NCBI GenBank assembly: GCA_963833555.1
Contig: CAWHYB010000002.1
Location: 680,229 to 744,228 of the forward strand
Source: an uncultured Actinomycetes bacterium
GTDB taxonomy: Bacteria > Actinomycetota > Thermoleophilia > UBA2241
Length of the DNA: 64,000 bases
Reading direction: 5' to 3'
In this document: piece by piece, positions 39,496-50,600 of the stretch
How the letters are laid out: every line of letters begins with the position of its first letter
How positions within the stretch are numbered: the stretch's first letter is position 1
Translations under genes and position numbers: made by a program
Notes under the pieces: model-generated
What the model saw: the letters and a program-made list of their open reading frames with translations, nothing else
Database searches by the model: none
What the model was told of the DNA's origin: nothing

Positions 39496-40386
39496 ATGTT
39501 TCGTTTGCCGGTATTCGTTTTCGCCGCAGGACTCCTGTTTTGCGCCCCCGCATGCGCGGAAAAGCACGCGCTCGTGATCGGTATCAATGCCTATGAGAAT
39601 GTGCCGCAGCTCAAGAAGGCAGTCGGCGACGCAGCGGCCATGAGTAATGCCTTCAAGGCTGCGGGATACCGGGTTGTGGCGCTCAACGACGTGTCGCAGG
39701 ACGATTTTTTGCGGCACTGGGATGCATTCCTGCAATTCGTGAAGGAGGGCGACGAGGCGGCTTTGTTCTTCTCCGGCCACGGCCTGCAAATCGGCGGCGA
39801 AAACTACCTTCTTTTGAAAGATGTACCGAGGGCATCGAGCGGCGAGAACGTCGTACGGGCTCATTCGGCCCAATTTTACGCGCTCCTGGACGGTCTCCAA
39901 TCCAGGCGGCCCCGCGTCAGCCTTGTGATATTGGACGCCTGCCGCGACAATCCCTTTAAGTTTCAAGGCACGAAAAGCATCGGCAACACTCAAGGCTTGG
40001 TCCCAATCGGGAGTGCGCCGAAGGGAACATTCGTGATGTATTCGGCGGATAAGAACGAAGAGGCGTTGGACAGCCTCTCCGACGACGATCACGAGTTCGT
40101 CTCCATTTACGTTCGCCATTTGGTGCCGCTGCTCGCCAAGCCAGGTATGAGAATTCAGGATGTCGCAATTGAAGTGAGCGAACAGGTTAGCAGCGTCGCG
40201 CTCAAAGTAAAACACGACCAGAATCCCGCGTATTACGATGCGCTGAGAGGTAGCAAGTTTTGCTTCTCTGGATGTTCCAAAGAAAGCGAAGGCAATACGA
40301 AACCGGATCCAATGCCTCTACCTTCGGCCAACGAATGCGCGGCCACCAATCCGGCAGTCCCATGTTTATGGAGCAGCAATCAGTGA
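39496..40386 (+). CDS. caspase-family (peptidase C14) protein with signal peptide
   Basis: KHALVIGINAYENV...FFSGHG...VILDACRDNPF catalytic His/Cys dyad context. Confidence 0.75.
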   Translation: MFRLPVFVFAAGLLFCAPACAEKHALVIGINAYENVPQLKKAVGDAAAMSNAFKAAGYRVVALNDVSQDDFLRHWDAFLQFVKEGDEAALFFSGHGLQIGGENYLLLKDVPRASSGENVVRAHSAQFYALLDGLQSRRPRVSLVILDACRDNPFKFQGTKSIGNTQGLVPIGSAPKGTFVMYSADKNEEALDSLSDDDHEFVSIYVRHLVPLLAKPGMRIQDVAIEVSEQVSSVALKVKHDQNPAYYDALRGSKFCFSGCSKESEGNTKPDPMPLPSANECAATNPAVPCLWSSNQ

Positions 40387-40400
40387 TACGTTTTCTCTTT

Positions 40401-40832
40401 GTGATGGTGCTGCTTGGTTTGAGCACCGCAGTCCAGGCTGAATGCAGAACTGAGCTGAAACCAACTGACCGCTACAGCGACCTATCGAACATTTTAAAGT
40501 GCTTGAAAGATGAAATCGGTAAGCTAAGAACTGTCCCGAGCGAATCGGCACCACCAATTAACGAAACACCTCCTGTCGCTGTCAATACCGAGGGAGAATT
40601 CAATAGAATATTTGGCCCCTATTCTATAAAACTCACTGCGTGCAATCAAAAAAATAAAACGGTAGTCTGCAAGATCGAGTTCACCTCAGTTGAGGATGGT
40701 CTGCTGATGTTTAATGTTGGTGGGACCATTTATGCTGACAAAAGCGGTTTAATACACTCTTGTAATAAAATTCAAGCGCAAAAATCAAATGGTTATTCCA
40801 CTCCGTTGAACAAAACAGGAACTCTACCTTAG
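40401..40832 (+). CDS. small secreted protein, AT-rich gene (about 42% GC), unknown function
   Basis: Signal peptide MVLLGLSTAVQA, 143 aa. Composition is sharply different from its neighbours. Confidence 0.45.
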   Translation: MMVLLGLSTAVQAECRTELKPTDRYSDLSNILKCLKDEIGKLRTVPSESAPPINETPPVAVNTEGEFNRIFGPYSIKLTACNQKNKTVVCKIEFTSVEDGLLMFNVGGTIYADKSGLIHSCNKIQAQKSNGYSTPLNKTGTLP

Positions 40833-40989
40833 TCATAAGCACACAAGCCGGAATACCTTACACGGCAGATGTAATATTCAAGCAGTCAGCTTTAGATATC
40901 CAGTTGATTTCGCGACTTCAGCTTGAGCCTTCACTCCAAGGAGTGGCAAAATTTAGAGTTTATGAACGTCCCGATATCAAACTGAACTT

Positions 40990-43959
40990 CTAATGCGCCT
41001 CATCCCAATTCTGCGCCGCCCGCGCGTCCACCTTCAGCGGCACGGAGAACGCGACGGCGGGCTCCGCCGCCCGCTCCATCACCCGCACCGCGGCCTTGAT
41101 GGTCCCCTCGACCTCCCCTTCCGGCGCCTCGAACACAAGCTCGTCATGCACTTGCAGCAGCATCCGCGCGGACAGCCCCGCCTTGGCAAGCGCGGCCGGC
41201 ATGCGGATCATCGCCCGGCGCAGGATATCGGCCGCCGTGCCCTGGATCGGCGCGTTGATCGCCGCCCGCTCGAAGAACGCGCGCATATTCCGCTGCGGCG
41301 TATTGATCTCCGGGAAGTGGATCTTCCGGCCGAACAGCGTCTCGACATAGCCGTCCTCGCGCACCTTGGCGCGCATCGCGTCCATATAGGCGCGGATGCC
41401 GGGGAAGCGCTCGAAATACTTGGCGATATATTCGCCCGCCTCGCCGCGCCCGATGCCGAGTTGCTGCGACAGGCCGAACGCCGAGATGCCGTAGATGATG
41501 CCGAAATTGATGGCCTTGGCGCGGCGGCGCACCTCGCCCGGCATATCCTTGATCGGCACGCCGAACATCTCGGACGCCGTCATGGCGTGGATGTCGAGCC
41601 CCTCCGCGAAGGCGCGTTTCAGCTCGGGGATGTCCGCCATGTGCGCAAGCACGCGCAGCTCGATCTGGCTGTAGTCGGCCGAGATTAGCTTCTTGCCGGG
41701 CTCCGCGATGAAGGCGGTGCGGATTTGCCGGCCTTCCTTGGTGCGGACGGGTATGTTTTGCAGGTTCGGCTCGGTCGAGGAGAGCCGCCCGGTCGAGGTG
41801 GAGGCCAGCGCGTATGAGGTGTGAATGCGGCCCGTTTCCGCGTCGATATGCTGGGGCAGCGAGTCGGTGTAGGTGCTCTTGAGCTTGGCGAGCTGCCGCC
41901 ATTCCAGCAGCTTCGACGGCAGCAACCGTTGATCGGGCGTTAGCTCCTCGCTCGCAACCAGTTCCTCCAGCACCTTGGCGCCGGTGCTCCATTTGCCGGT
42001 GGCGGTCTTTTTCGCGCCCGGCAGGCCGAACTTGCCGAACAGCAAATCCGCGACCTGCATCGTCGAGCCGATATTGAAGCGCTGGCCCGCGAGTGCGCAA
42101 ATCTCGTCCTCGAAGCGGGCGAGGCTTTGCGCGAATTCGCCGGAAAGGCGCGAGAGCAGCGTCCGGTCCACCTTGACGCCCGCAAGCTCCATTTCGCCCA
42201 GGATCGCGGGCATGGGCCGCTCCAGCGTCTCGTAGACCGCCGCCATCCCTTCCGCCGCGAGCCGCGCCTTGAACAGATGCCACAGGCGCAAGGTCACGTC
42301 CGCGTCCTCGGCGGAATATTCGGTGGCCTTGTCCACGGGCACGCAATCGAATGTGACCAGCGTCTTGCCCTTGCCCGCCACATCGGCGAAGCTTATGGGC
42401 GTGTGGCCCAGATGGCGCTTGGCCAGCTCGTCCATGCCGAAGCCCGCGAGCCCGCCCCGGCCCTGGTCCACCGCGTAGGCCAGGAGCATGGTGTCGTCGT
42501 AGGCGCAAAGCCGCACGCCATAGCGGCGCATCACCACGAGGTCGTATTTGATGTTCTGGCCGATCTTGAGCACGCTCTCGTCTTCGAGCAGTGCCTTCAG
42601 CCGGGGTATCGCGTGCTCCAGCGGGAGCTGGGGGATGTCGCCCGCGCCGGTAAAGTCGAGGCCGTCGCCGGCGCGGTGCGCGAGCGGGATGTAGCAGGCG
42701 CGGTTCGGCTCAAGCGCGAGCGCCACGCCGCAAAGGTGCGCGGCCACGGCGTCGAGGTCCGTCGTCTCGGTGTCGAAGGCGACGAAACCCTGCTCCGTCG
42801 CGGCGGCGATCCAGTCTTCGAGCGTTTGCAGGTCCGTGACCTGGGTATAGCCGGCGTGGTTGAACGGGACGGACCGCAGCCAATCCTGTACCCGGCGCAG
42901 CTCCGCCGCCGGCCCGGCGGCAGGCGCGGCTTTCTCCGCATTCGGCTCGCCACCGGCCTGCGCTAGCTGCGCGGCATCCGGGCGCGGTGCCGTTTCGCCG
43001 GGCGGAGGCGGCTCGACGCCGTATGCCGCCGAGACCCGCTTCGTCAGCGAGCTGAACTCCATCGAGTGCATAAACGCCAGGAGCGCGTGCGGGTCCGGCT
43101 CCTCGACGGCGGTGAGATCCAGCGGCCGTTCGACCGGCACGTTCCGGTCCAGCTCGACCAGCCGCCGCGACAGCCGCGCCTGATCCGCGAACTCGATCAG
43201 CCGCTCGCGCCGCATCTTCTGCTTGATGAGCGGCGCCTTCGCGAGCAGCGTTTCGAGATCGCCATATTCGCGGATCAGCTCGGCGGCGGTCTTGATGCCG
43301 ATGCCCGGCACGCCCGGCACGTTGTCGACGCTGTCGCCCGCCAGCGCCTGCACCTCCACGACCTTGTCCGGCGTCACCCCGAATTTCTCAAGCACCTCCG
43401 GCTCGCCGATCTCCTTGTTCTTCATGGTGTCGAGCATGGAGACGCGCGCGCCGACGAGCTGCATCAAGTCCTTGTCCGAGGACACGATCACCACCTCGCC
43501 GCCGGCCTCCGCCGCCTGGCAGGCGTAGGTTGCGATGATGTCGTCGGCCTCGAAGCCTTCCTGCTCGATGCAGGCCACGTTGAAGGCGCGCACCGCGTCG
43601 CGGATCAGCGGGAATTGCGGCACCAGCTCCGGCGGCGTCTCGGGCCGGTGCGCCTTGTAATCGGCGGAGATGGCATGGCGGAAGCTCACCCGGCTGTGGT
43701 CGAAAATCACGGCAAGGTGCGTGGGCCGCTTTTCGCCCTTGGTTTCGCGCAAGAGCTTCCACAGCATGTTGCAAAAGCCGTGCACGGCTCCGACCGGCAG
43801 CCCGTCGGAGGGCCGGGTCAGCGGCGGCAGCGCGTGAAAGGCGCGGAAAATGTAGCCCGAGCCGTCGATGAGATAGACGCGGCTTTTGGGCGGGATGGCG
43901 GGTGCGCCTTCGGGTTGCGCGGTTTGGGACCGGCCGGGAGCGAGAATCGTCATGCGCCA
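40990..43959 (-). CDS. polA: DNA polymerase I
   Basis: 989 aa with 5'-3' exonuclease, 3'-5' exonuclease and polymerase domains. The RRRAKAINFGIIYG..., QVHDELVFE and other Pol I motifs are present. No frameshift. Confidence 0.9.
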   Translation of the reverse strand, partial: WRMTILAPGRSQTAQPEGAPAIPPKSRVYLIDGSGYIFRAFHALPPLTRPSDGLPVGAVHGFCNMLWKLLRETKGEKRPTHLAVIFDHSRVSFRHAISADYKAHRPETPPELVPQFPLIRDAVRAFNVACIEQEGFEADDIIATYACQAAEAGGEVVIVSSDKDLMQLVGARVSMLDTMKNKEIGEPEVLEKFGVTPDKVVEVQALAGDSVDNVPGVPGIGIKTAAELIREYGDLETLLAKAPLIKQKMRRERLIEFADQARLSRRLVELDRNVPVERPLDLTAVEEPDPHALLAFMHSMEFSSLTKRVSAAYGVEPPPPGETAPRPDAAQLAQAGGEPNAEKAAPAAGPAAELRRVQDWLRSVPFNHAGYTQVTDLQTLEDWIAAATEQGFVAFDTETTDLDAVAAHLCGVALALEPNRACYIPLAHRAGDGLDFTGAGDIPQLPLEHAIPRLKALLEDESVLKIGQNIKYDLVVMRRYGVRLCAYDDTMLLAYAVDQGRGGLAGFGMDELAKRHLGHTPISFADVAGKGKTLVTFDCVPVDKATEYSAEDADVTLRLWHLFKARLAAEGMAAVYETLERPMPAILGEMELAGVKVDRTLLSRLSGEFAQSLARFEDEICALAGQRFNIGSTMQVADLLFGKFGLPGAKKTATGKWSTGAKVLEELVASEELTPDQRLLPSKLLEWRQLAKLKSTYTDSLPQHIDAETGRIHTSYALASTSTGRLSSTEPNLQNIPVRTKEGRQIRTAFIAEPGKKLISADYSQIELRVLAHMADIPELKRAFAEGLDIHAMTASEMFGVPIKDMPGEVRRRAKAINFGIIYGISAFGLSQQLGIGRGEAGEYIAKYFERFPGIRAYMDAMRAKVREDGYVETLFGRKIHFPEINTPQRNMRAFFERAAINAPIQGTAADILRRAMIRMPAALAKAGLSARMLLQVHDELVFEAPEGEVEGTIKAAVRVMERAAEPAVAFSVPLKVDARAAQNWDEAH

Positions 43960-44167
43960 ACTATAGGCATTCGCGGAAGCAGCGCAATGCGGGGACCATG
44001 CGCAAGGCCGCGCCGTCCAATGGCCGGGCCGATTATTGAACAGGAACTTTGGGGGCCGGGCAGCCAGCAGTGCGATCCCGTGTCCGCGCGGCAGCGTTTC
44101 ATGTCGCGTCGCCCGTCGTCGTCCCGGAAGCCGCTTTGCGGCTATCCGGGATCGCAACAGGCGCCGG

Positions 44168-44215
44168 CATTTGTAACGATCCCGGATAATGCCTTTGGCA
44201 TTTCCGGGATGACTT
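44168..44215. repeat. palindromic element CGATCCCGGATAATGCC..GGCATTTCCGGGATG, copy 1
   Basis: Near-perfect hairpin; second copy at 44808-44860. Confidence 0.5.
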
Positions 44216-44542
44216 TGAGTGAAACGTTCAGGCGGTTTCGGTATCGCTCCCGTTTGAACCCCAGCAAGAGAAACTCCTCCCAACGGCCCGAATGCCGGCT
44301 TCCGGCCTCCCCCCCGCGGAACCCGCGGTGCGCGTGCCGTTGCGGCGAAGCCTCGCCCAAGCCTTGATAGTTAAGAAAATGTGAGTCAATCTTTTCCTGT
44401 ACGGATAATGCCTTTATATAGAAAGCAACCACAGCGCGAAGATGAGGGTGGCGGATCGGCAAGGAACGTTCATTTTGGCTTGGCTGAAGGCGGCGTCCGC
44501 GGGCAGGCGGATTTGCCCCGCACAAGCGAGGAGGAAGGAAAC

Positions 44543-44731
44543 ATGGGGGAAAATGGCAGCAGTCCCAACGGCAACGCCCGGCCGCCGGAAGAGCCCGTCA
44601 GGACAACCGAAGAGAGCGGTCTTGTGCTCGATGACGAGTTGCGTTCGGCGGCTAGCCCGTTCCTTTATCTTCTATCGAGCCTCTTGATCGCGGTCGCCGC
44701 CTACGTCCTTTATGCCTTGTTGCGCGGGTGA
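44543..44731 (+). CDS. small membrane protein (62 aa)
   Basis: MGENGSS...FLYLLSSLLIAVAAYVLYALLRG; flanked by the two palindromic elements. Confidence 0.3.
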   Translation: MGENGSSPNGNARPPEEPVRTTEESGLVLDDELRSAASPFLYLLSSLLIAVAAYVLYALLRG

Positions 44732-44807
44732 ACGTGAAGGCTTTCCCGATTACCCCGATGGTTCCGCCGGTACGACCACAGGGGTAATTCTCGCCGCAAA
44801 GGGCGCC

Positions 44808-44860
44808 TGGCGTTTGTAACGATCCCGGATAACGCCGTTGGCGTTTCCGGGATGACGGGA
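44808..44860. repeat. palindromic element, copy 2 (possible bidirectional terminator after the outer-membrane-protein gene)
   Basis: TTTGTAACGATCCCGGATAACGCCGTTGGCGTTTCCGGGATGAC. Confidence 0.5.
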
Positions 44861-44929
44861 ATGTGCCAAGCACGCGCCCGGTAATCCGCCGGACTGTACC
44901 GGATGGGCGCGCGCTTTCGAGAACTCGGG

Positions 44930-47419
44930 CTACCTGCAGAACGCCGATGGCGTGAGGCAGGTGTTGGTATCGGCGTAGAAGTCGTACCTGACACCGGCGG
45001 TTATGAGCAGCTCGTTCTCGGTGGTCTGAGTTGTGCCCTGGCTGCGCCATGTCATCCGGTCGCCGACTTCGATCTCAAGATTCAAGTCTTTCCGCACGAA
45101 GTAGCTGATGAGCAGCGACGGTATGACCGTGTACTCGCTCCAGCCCCCGGTCTTGCCCGTGGTGTAGGTGCCGATAAGATGCGGCTGAATGCGCACGTCC
45201 TGTATAACCGGATAGCGCACGGAGAGGTCCGCCGCGAAGTTGTTGGACTCTTTCAGGTCCGAGTAGCGGAAGGCCGCGGAGTACATATCGCCTTCCGTAA
45301 GCAAGGAAGACCCAATCAGCTGCACGCCATAGTAGAACTCATCGCCGCTGTCAGGCATACCGGCGACCGTATAGGAAGCGATCGTTCCGTTGATGTGCGC
45401 CTGCGTGACATCGAGATTGAGCTGTACCTTGTCGGTGATTTGCCGCGTATAGCCGAGGTTGGCCGATTGGTAGGTCGCCGTCCTGTCTATGGCCATCTGC
45501 AGCAGGTCTGCCTGGCTGTAGGTCGATCTCTTCAGGAGATCGTAAATCGTGGTGAAGGCCTGGCCCTGCAAAGCGTTCCAGGTCGTCAAATATGGAGCCA
45601 TCCGGTAATCGGCGCCCGCGCGGATGATCGATTTGTCGGGCAGCGTCCAGGTGCCGGTGAAGATCGCCGCGTCGAGCTTGTCGAAATGGACGTCGTAATC
45701 GACGGTCAGGAACGCGGACTTGGTCATGTCGTTGTACCGGAATTCCGCACCAACCGCCTGCCGGTCGACGATGTTGCGGTCCATCTGCTCGATGGCATAG
45801 ACATCCGCGTCAAGCCCCTTCCATGGACCGAAGTTCAACGCGCCACCGTAGAAGTAACGGTCGTCCTTGAAAGGCGTGTCGGTGCGGTAATCCACCGGGG
45901 AGCCGCCGAACGTGGAGAAGCCGAATATCGGGTCGTACTGATAGGTGAAGACCGCGCCGTCGAACCGGCCGAGGATGCCGTCGCTGTTGCGGATTTGGCG
46001 GCCCAGCCGGAAGGTCGTCCCCCAATCCTTGACGGAGGTGTCGAGATAGAGCGAGCTGATCCCGAACAGGTCCTCGGCCGTCGGCTGGATGCGGTATTCA
46101 TCCGTTCCCGAGAAGCGGAACTTCATCTTTACGTTGCCATCGCCCCATTGCGCGGTCGTGTCGAAGCTCGACAGGACCTCGTTCTGGTGGGTCTGAAGAT
46201 CTTCTCTTGTCTTGTTCAAATTGAGCGCTTGGGTGGGATCGCGGTTGACGGAGTAGCTGTCGTCCCGGATGTAGGTTGAGGAGACGCTTCCAGACACGGA
46301 GCCATAAGAGGGCCGCGCGGCGGGCTCCCCGGCAGGTGCTGGCGTCCCATCCGCGTTGACGGGCGCGGAAGCTGCATTGCGCAGTCTCTCCGCGGGAGCG
46401 GCCTCGGCCGTCTCGATGGCCAGCAGCCGCTGACGCACACCATCGTTTCCGTCACCCTTGGGGTAGCGGCGAAGATAATCCTCGTAAACCTCCTTGGCCG
46501 CCCCGGTTTGCCTGGCCTTTTGATAGGCTACGCCTAACAGCTCGCGGGCCTCCGGTGTCCGCCGGTTCTCGGGCTGCTGCGCCGCCTTTTTCAGTTGTGC
46601 GATGGCAGTCTCGAACTTGTTCGCCTTCAGGTCGGCGCGCGCCTGGGTTATGAGCACGGCGGTTGCCGCCTCGGCCGGGCTTGCGCTGCTGCCGGCGCTT
46701 GCCGGAGCCTGAGCCTGAGCCGAATCGGCGGCCGGCTGGCTTGTCTGCTCGGGCGTCACCTCGCTGGGGCCAATGACCGCGGCATTCTTGGTTTCCGGAA
46801 CATCCGGAATAGGCGCGGGGGCTGGCGCGCGCTTGGTCATCGCGCTTTCCGGGCGTGCTTGCGGTATCGACGTTGTCGTGTCGCCCCAAGCGCTGTCCCC
46901 GGCCAAAGTGGGATACACGGGCTTGCAAGGCCTGCCGTTCTTCGGGTCGCCAACCGAAACGACAAGGCTTTGGAAATCCGTTCCGCCGGCCGCGCTGAAA
47001 TGCACGTTCCGGTCGAACACGATGGTAAGCGACGGGCTTTCGGCGATGCGCGCCTCGTATTCGATGGCCTTGATGGCTGTATGCCGGTCCTGCGGAGGCC
47101 GCAGCGCTTCCCTCTCGAACCCGCCTTGGATGACGAACTCGCGCGGGTCGACCGGCCGGAAAAGGATGCGAAGCTGATTTCCCGAGGTTACGGGAAAGTG
47201 GCTGTCGTACCGGATGCGGAAGTTGAAGTTGATCTTATAGATCGAGCAGCCGCCACCGGAGGCGATCTGGTAGCCGGACAGTACGCGATTGGTGACAGGT
47301 TGGGCGTGCGATACGCCAGACCAGCCAGCCAATAGGCATGCTGTCAACGCAGCACTCCCGAGCATGCCTGGAAATGAGTGTGTACGCCTTTGCATCATGT
47401 CCCTCTTCATATTGGGCAT
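44930..47419 (-). CDS. outer-membrane protein: signal peptide, Ala/Pro/Gln-rich linker plus TPR-like segment, C-terminal about 480-aa predicted beta-barrel
   Basis: 829 aa. Alternating amphipathic strands rich in Y/F/G/T/D in the C-terminal half. Directly downstream of the multihaem cytochrome gene on the same strand. Confidence 0.55.
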   Translation of the reverse strand: MPNMKRDMMQRRTHSFPGMLGSAALTACLLAGWSGVSHAQPVTNRVLSGYQIASGGGCSIYKINFNFRIRYDSHFPVTSGNQLRILFRPVDPREFVIQGGFEREALRPPQDRHTAIKAIEYEARIAESPSLTIVFDRNVHFSAAGGTDFQSLVVSVGDPKNGRPCKPVYPTLAGDSAWGDTTTSIPQARPESAMTKRAPAPAPIPDVPETKNAAVIGPSEVTPEQTSQPAADSAQAQAPASAGSSASPAEAATAVLITQARADLKANKFETAIAQLKKAAQQPENRRTPEARELLGVAYQKARQTGAAKEVYEDYLRRYPKGDGNDGVRQRLLAIETAEAAPAERLRNAASAPVNADGTPAPAGEPAARPSYGSVSGSVSSTYIRDDSYSVNRDPTQALNLNKTREDLQTHQNEVLSSFDTTAQWGDGNVKMKFRFSGTDEYRIQPTAEDLFGISSLYLDTSVKDWGTTFRLGRQIRNSDGILGRFDGAVFTYQYDPIFGFSTFGGSPVDYRTDTPFKDDRYFYGGALNFGPWKGLDADVYAIEQMDRNIVDRQAVGAEFRYNDMTKSAFLTVDYDVHFDKLDAAIFTGTWTLPDKSIIRAGADYRMAPYLTTWNALQGQAFTTIYDLLKRSTYSQADLLQMAIDRTATYQSANLGYTRQITDKVQLNLDVTQAHINGTIASYTVAGMPDSGDEFYYGVQLIGSSLLTEGDMYSAAFRYSDLKESNNFAADLSVRYPVIQDVRIQPHLIGTYTTGKTGGWSEYTVIPSLLISYFVRKDLNLEIEVGDRMTWRSQGTTQTTENELLITAGVRYDFYADTNTCLTPSAFCR

Positions 47420-47640
47420 TCGCTGCGTGGAGTTTTGTTGGAGCAGTCACAAGCATTCCCTGGATCATCCGCCGGATCCCGGGTGAAGCTCTGCGTGACA
47501 GCTCTGTGTGGGCAGAGTGCCGCGCAGTTGTAGCCTTGTTGCCGTGGGGCCTGAAGGTCTTCGTGCCCAGGTAGGTGCCGGAGTGGCAGGTCATGCAGTT
47601 CGAGGTCGAGAGCACGACATTGAGTGCGCGTGCCCGTGCA

Positions 47641-50600
47641 TTACCCATCGTGGCGGTGGCAAATCCGCCGCTGATCGTGCTCTTGTGGCAGACGTCGCAG
47701 GACACGGTCTCCGGTTGGCACGTGGTTGGAGACCTCCTTCATCGCGCCGTTGGTTCCGGTGCCATGGCAGCTGTAGCAGTTGCCCGAGGCCGAGGCCGGA
47801 TGGCTGTACGACGCGCCAGCGAAGCTCGTGAAGGTCTTGTGGCAGTCGTAGCAGTTCTCGTTAGTGGGCGTGGTCGTGACGTGGCTCGTTGGCTTAACCA
47901 CGACGCCCAGATAGCTTCCCATGTGGCAGGTGGTGCAGTTGGAGGCCGTCGAGACGCCCAGCGCGGTATGGCCCGCCGAGCCCATGGTGAAGGTGGCGAA
48001 CCCGCCGATGTTTTTGCTCGTGTGGCAAGCGTCGCAGGACACCGAGCCGGTCGGGACGTGCTTGGAAACCTCCATCATCGCACCGTTCTTTCCGGTGCCG
48101 TGGCAGCTATAGCAGGTGCCCGACGTCACGCCCGAGTGATTGTAGGTGGCGCCGGCGAAGCTCGTGAAGCTGCTGTGGCAACCGGAAGCCGAGCAGTTCT
48201 GATTGGTTGGGCTCGTCGTCACGTGGGTCGACGGCTTCACCACGACTCCCAGGTAGCTCCCCATGTGACAGGTCGTGCAGGTCGAGGTCATGGTGACGCC
48301 GAGCGCGCTATGTCCGGTGGACCCCATCGTAAAGGTGGCAAACCCGCCAACGCTTGTGCTGGTGTGGCAGGCATCGCAAGACACCGAGCCGGTTGGGACG
48401 TGGGTGGAGACCTCCTTCATCGCGCCGCCCGATCCAGTGCCGTGGCAGGTGTAACACTGGCCGGACGAACTGGTGGTGTGGGTGTAGGTTGCGCCAGAGA
48501 AGCTCGTGAAGCTGGTGTGGCAGCCCGAAGCCGAGCAGTTCTGGTTCGCCGGCGTCGTCGCGATGTGGGTCGAAGGCTTCACCATGACGCCGAGATAGCT
48601 TCCAATATGGCAGGAGGTGCAATTCGAGGTCATGCTGACGCCGAGCGCGGTATGGCCGGCAGTCCCCATCGAGAAGGTGGCAAAGCCGCCGGTGGATGTG
48701 CTCGTGTGGCAGGCGTCGCAGGTGGTGGTCCCGGTGGGGACGTGGGTGGAGACTTCCTTCATCGCGCCGCCCGAACCGGTGCCGTGGCAGGTGTAGCATT
48801 GGCCGGACGAGCTGGTGGTGTGGGTGTAGGTTGCACCCGCGAAGCTGGCGAAGCTGCTGTGGCACCCCGAAGCCGAGCAGTTCTGGTTCGCCGGGGTGGT
48901 CGCAACGTGGGTCGAAGGCTTCGCCACGACGCCCAAGTAGCTCGCCGTCTGATGGCAGGAGGTGCATGTCGAGGTCATGCTGACGCCGAGCGCGGTATGG
49001 CCGGCAGTCCCCATCGAGAAGGTGGCAAAGCCGCCCGTGTTCGTGTTCGTGTGGCAAGTGTCGCAGGACACCGAGCCGGTGGGAACGTGGGTTGAGACTT
49101 CCTTCATCGCGCCGCCCGAACCGGTGCCATGGCAGGTGTAGCATTGGCCGGTTGAGCTGGTGGTGTGGGTGTAGGCCGTGCCGGAGAAGCTCGTGAAGCC
49201 GCTGTGGCAGCCCGAAGCCGAGCAGTTCTGGTTCGCCGGAGTGGTCGTGACGTGGGTCGAAGGCTTCACCACGACGCCGAGATAGCTTCCCATATGGCAG
49301 CTTGTGCAATCCGAGGTGGAACTCACCCCGAGCGCCGTGTGCCCGGCCGTTCCCATCGTGAAGGTCGCGAAGCCGCCGACGGCAGTGCTCTTATGGCAAG
49401 CGTCGCAGGTCGTCGCGCCGGTTGGAACGTGGGTTGAGACTTCCTTCATCGCGCCGCCCGATCCGGTGCCGTGGCAGGTGTAGCACTGGCCGGACGAGCT
49501 GGTGGTGTGGGTGTAGGTCGTACCGGCGAAGCTCGTGAAGCTGGTGTGGCAGCCCGAAGCCGAGCAGTTCTGGTTCGCCGGGGTCGTCGCGATGTGGGTC
49601 GAAGGCTTCACCATGACGCCGAGATAGCTTCCAATATGGCAGGAGGTGCAATCCGAGGTCATGGCTGACGCCGAGCGCGCTATGTCCGCTGGACCCCATC
49701 GAGAAGGTGGCAAAGCCGCCGGTGTTTGTGCTCGTGTGGCAGGCGTCGCAGGTGGTGGTCCCGGTGGGGACGTGGGTTGAGACTTCCTTCATCGCGCCGC
49801 CCGAACCGGTGCCATGGCAGGTGTAGCATTGGCCGGACGAGCTGGTGGTGTGGGTGTAGGTTGCGCCTGCGAAGCTCGCGAAGCTGCTATGGCAACCGGA
49901 GTGCGGAGCAATTCTGGTTCGCCGGACTGGTCGCAACGTGGGTCGAAGGCTTCACCACGACGCCGAGATAGCTTCCTATGTGGCAGGAGGTGCAATTCGA
50001 GGTCATGGTGACGCCGAGCGCCGTATGACCGGCAGTCCCCATCGCGAAGGTGGCAAAGCCGCCAGTGTTCGTGTTCGTATGGCAGGCGTCGCAGGTCACC
50101 GCGCCGGTCGGAACGTGGTTGGAGACTTCCTTCATCGCGCCGCCCGAACCGGTGCCGTGGCAGGTGTAGCATTGGCCGGTTGAGCTGGTGGTGTGGGTGT
50201 AGGCTCGTGCCGGAGAAGCTCGTGAAGCCGCTGTGGCAGCCCGAAGCCGAGCAATTCTGGTTCGCCGGAGTGGTCGTGACGTGGGTCGAAGGCTTCACCA
50301 CGACGCCGAGATAAGTGCCCATGTGGCAGCTCGTGCAGTCCGAGGTGGAGCTTACGCCAAGCGCCGTGTGGCCGGCCGACCCCATCGTGAAGGTGGCGAA
50401 GCCGCCGACGGCAGTGCTCTTGTGGCAGGCGTCGCAAGTCACCGTTCCGGTTGGAACGTGGCTGGCGTTCATTTGCATGGCGCCGCCCACACCGGTGCCG
50501 TGGCAGCTATAGCACTGTCCCGACGAGTTGGTTGAATGGGCGAAGGCCGCACCGGCGAAGCTCACATAGCTCCGGTGGCAGCTCACGCAATCCGCCTGGC

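Noticed and set aside
38989-40215. 408-aa ORF on the - strand
   Set aside because: Only the C-terminal 125 aa (38989-39364) look like a real antitoxin-type protein. The rest is antisense to the well-supported caspase gene.
40993-44367. Multiple 200-450-aa ORFs in alternative frames and on the + strand within polA
   Set aside because: polA on the - strand is full-length and collinear with Pol I. The others are frame shadows.
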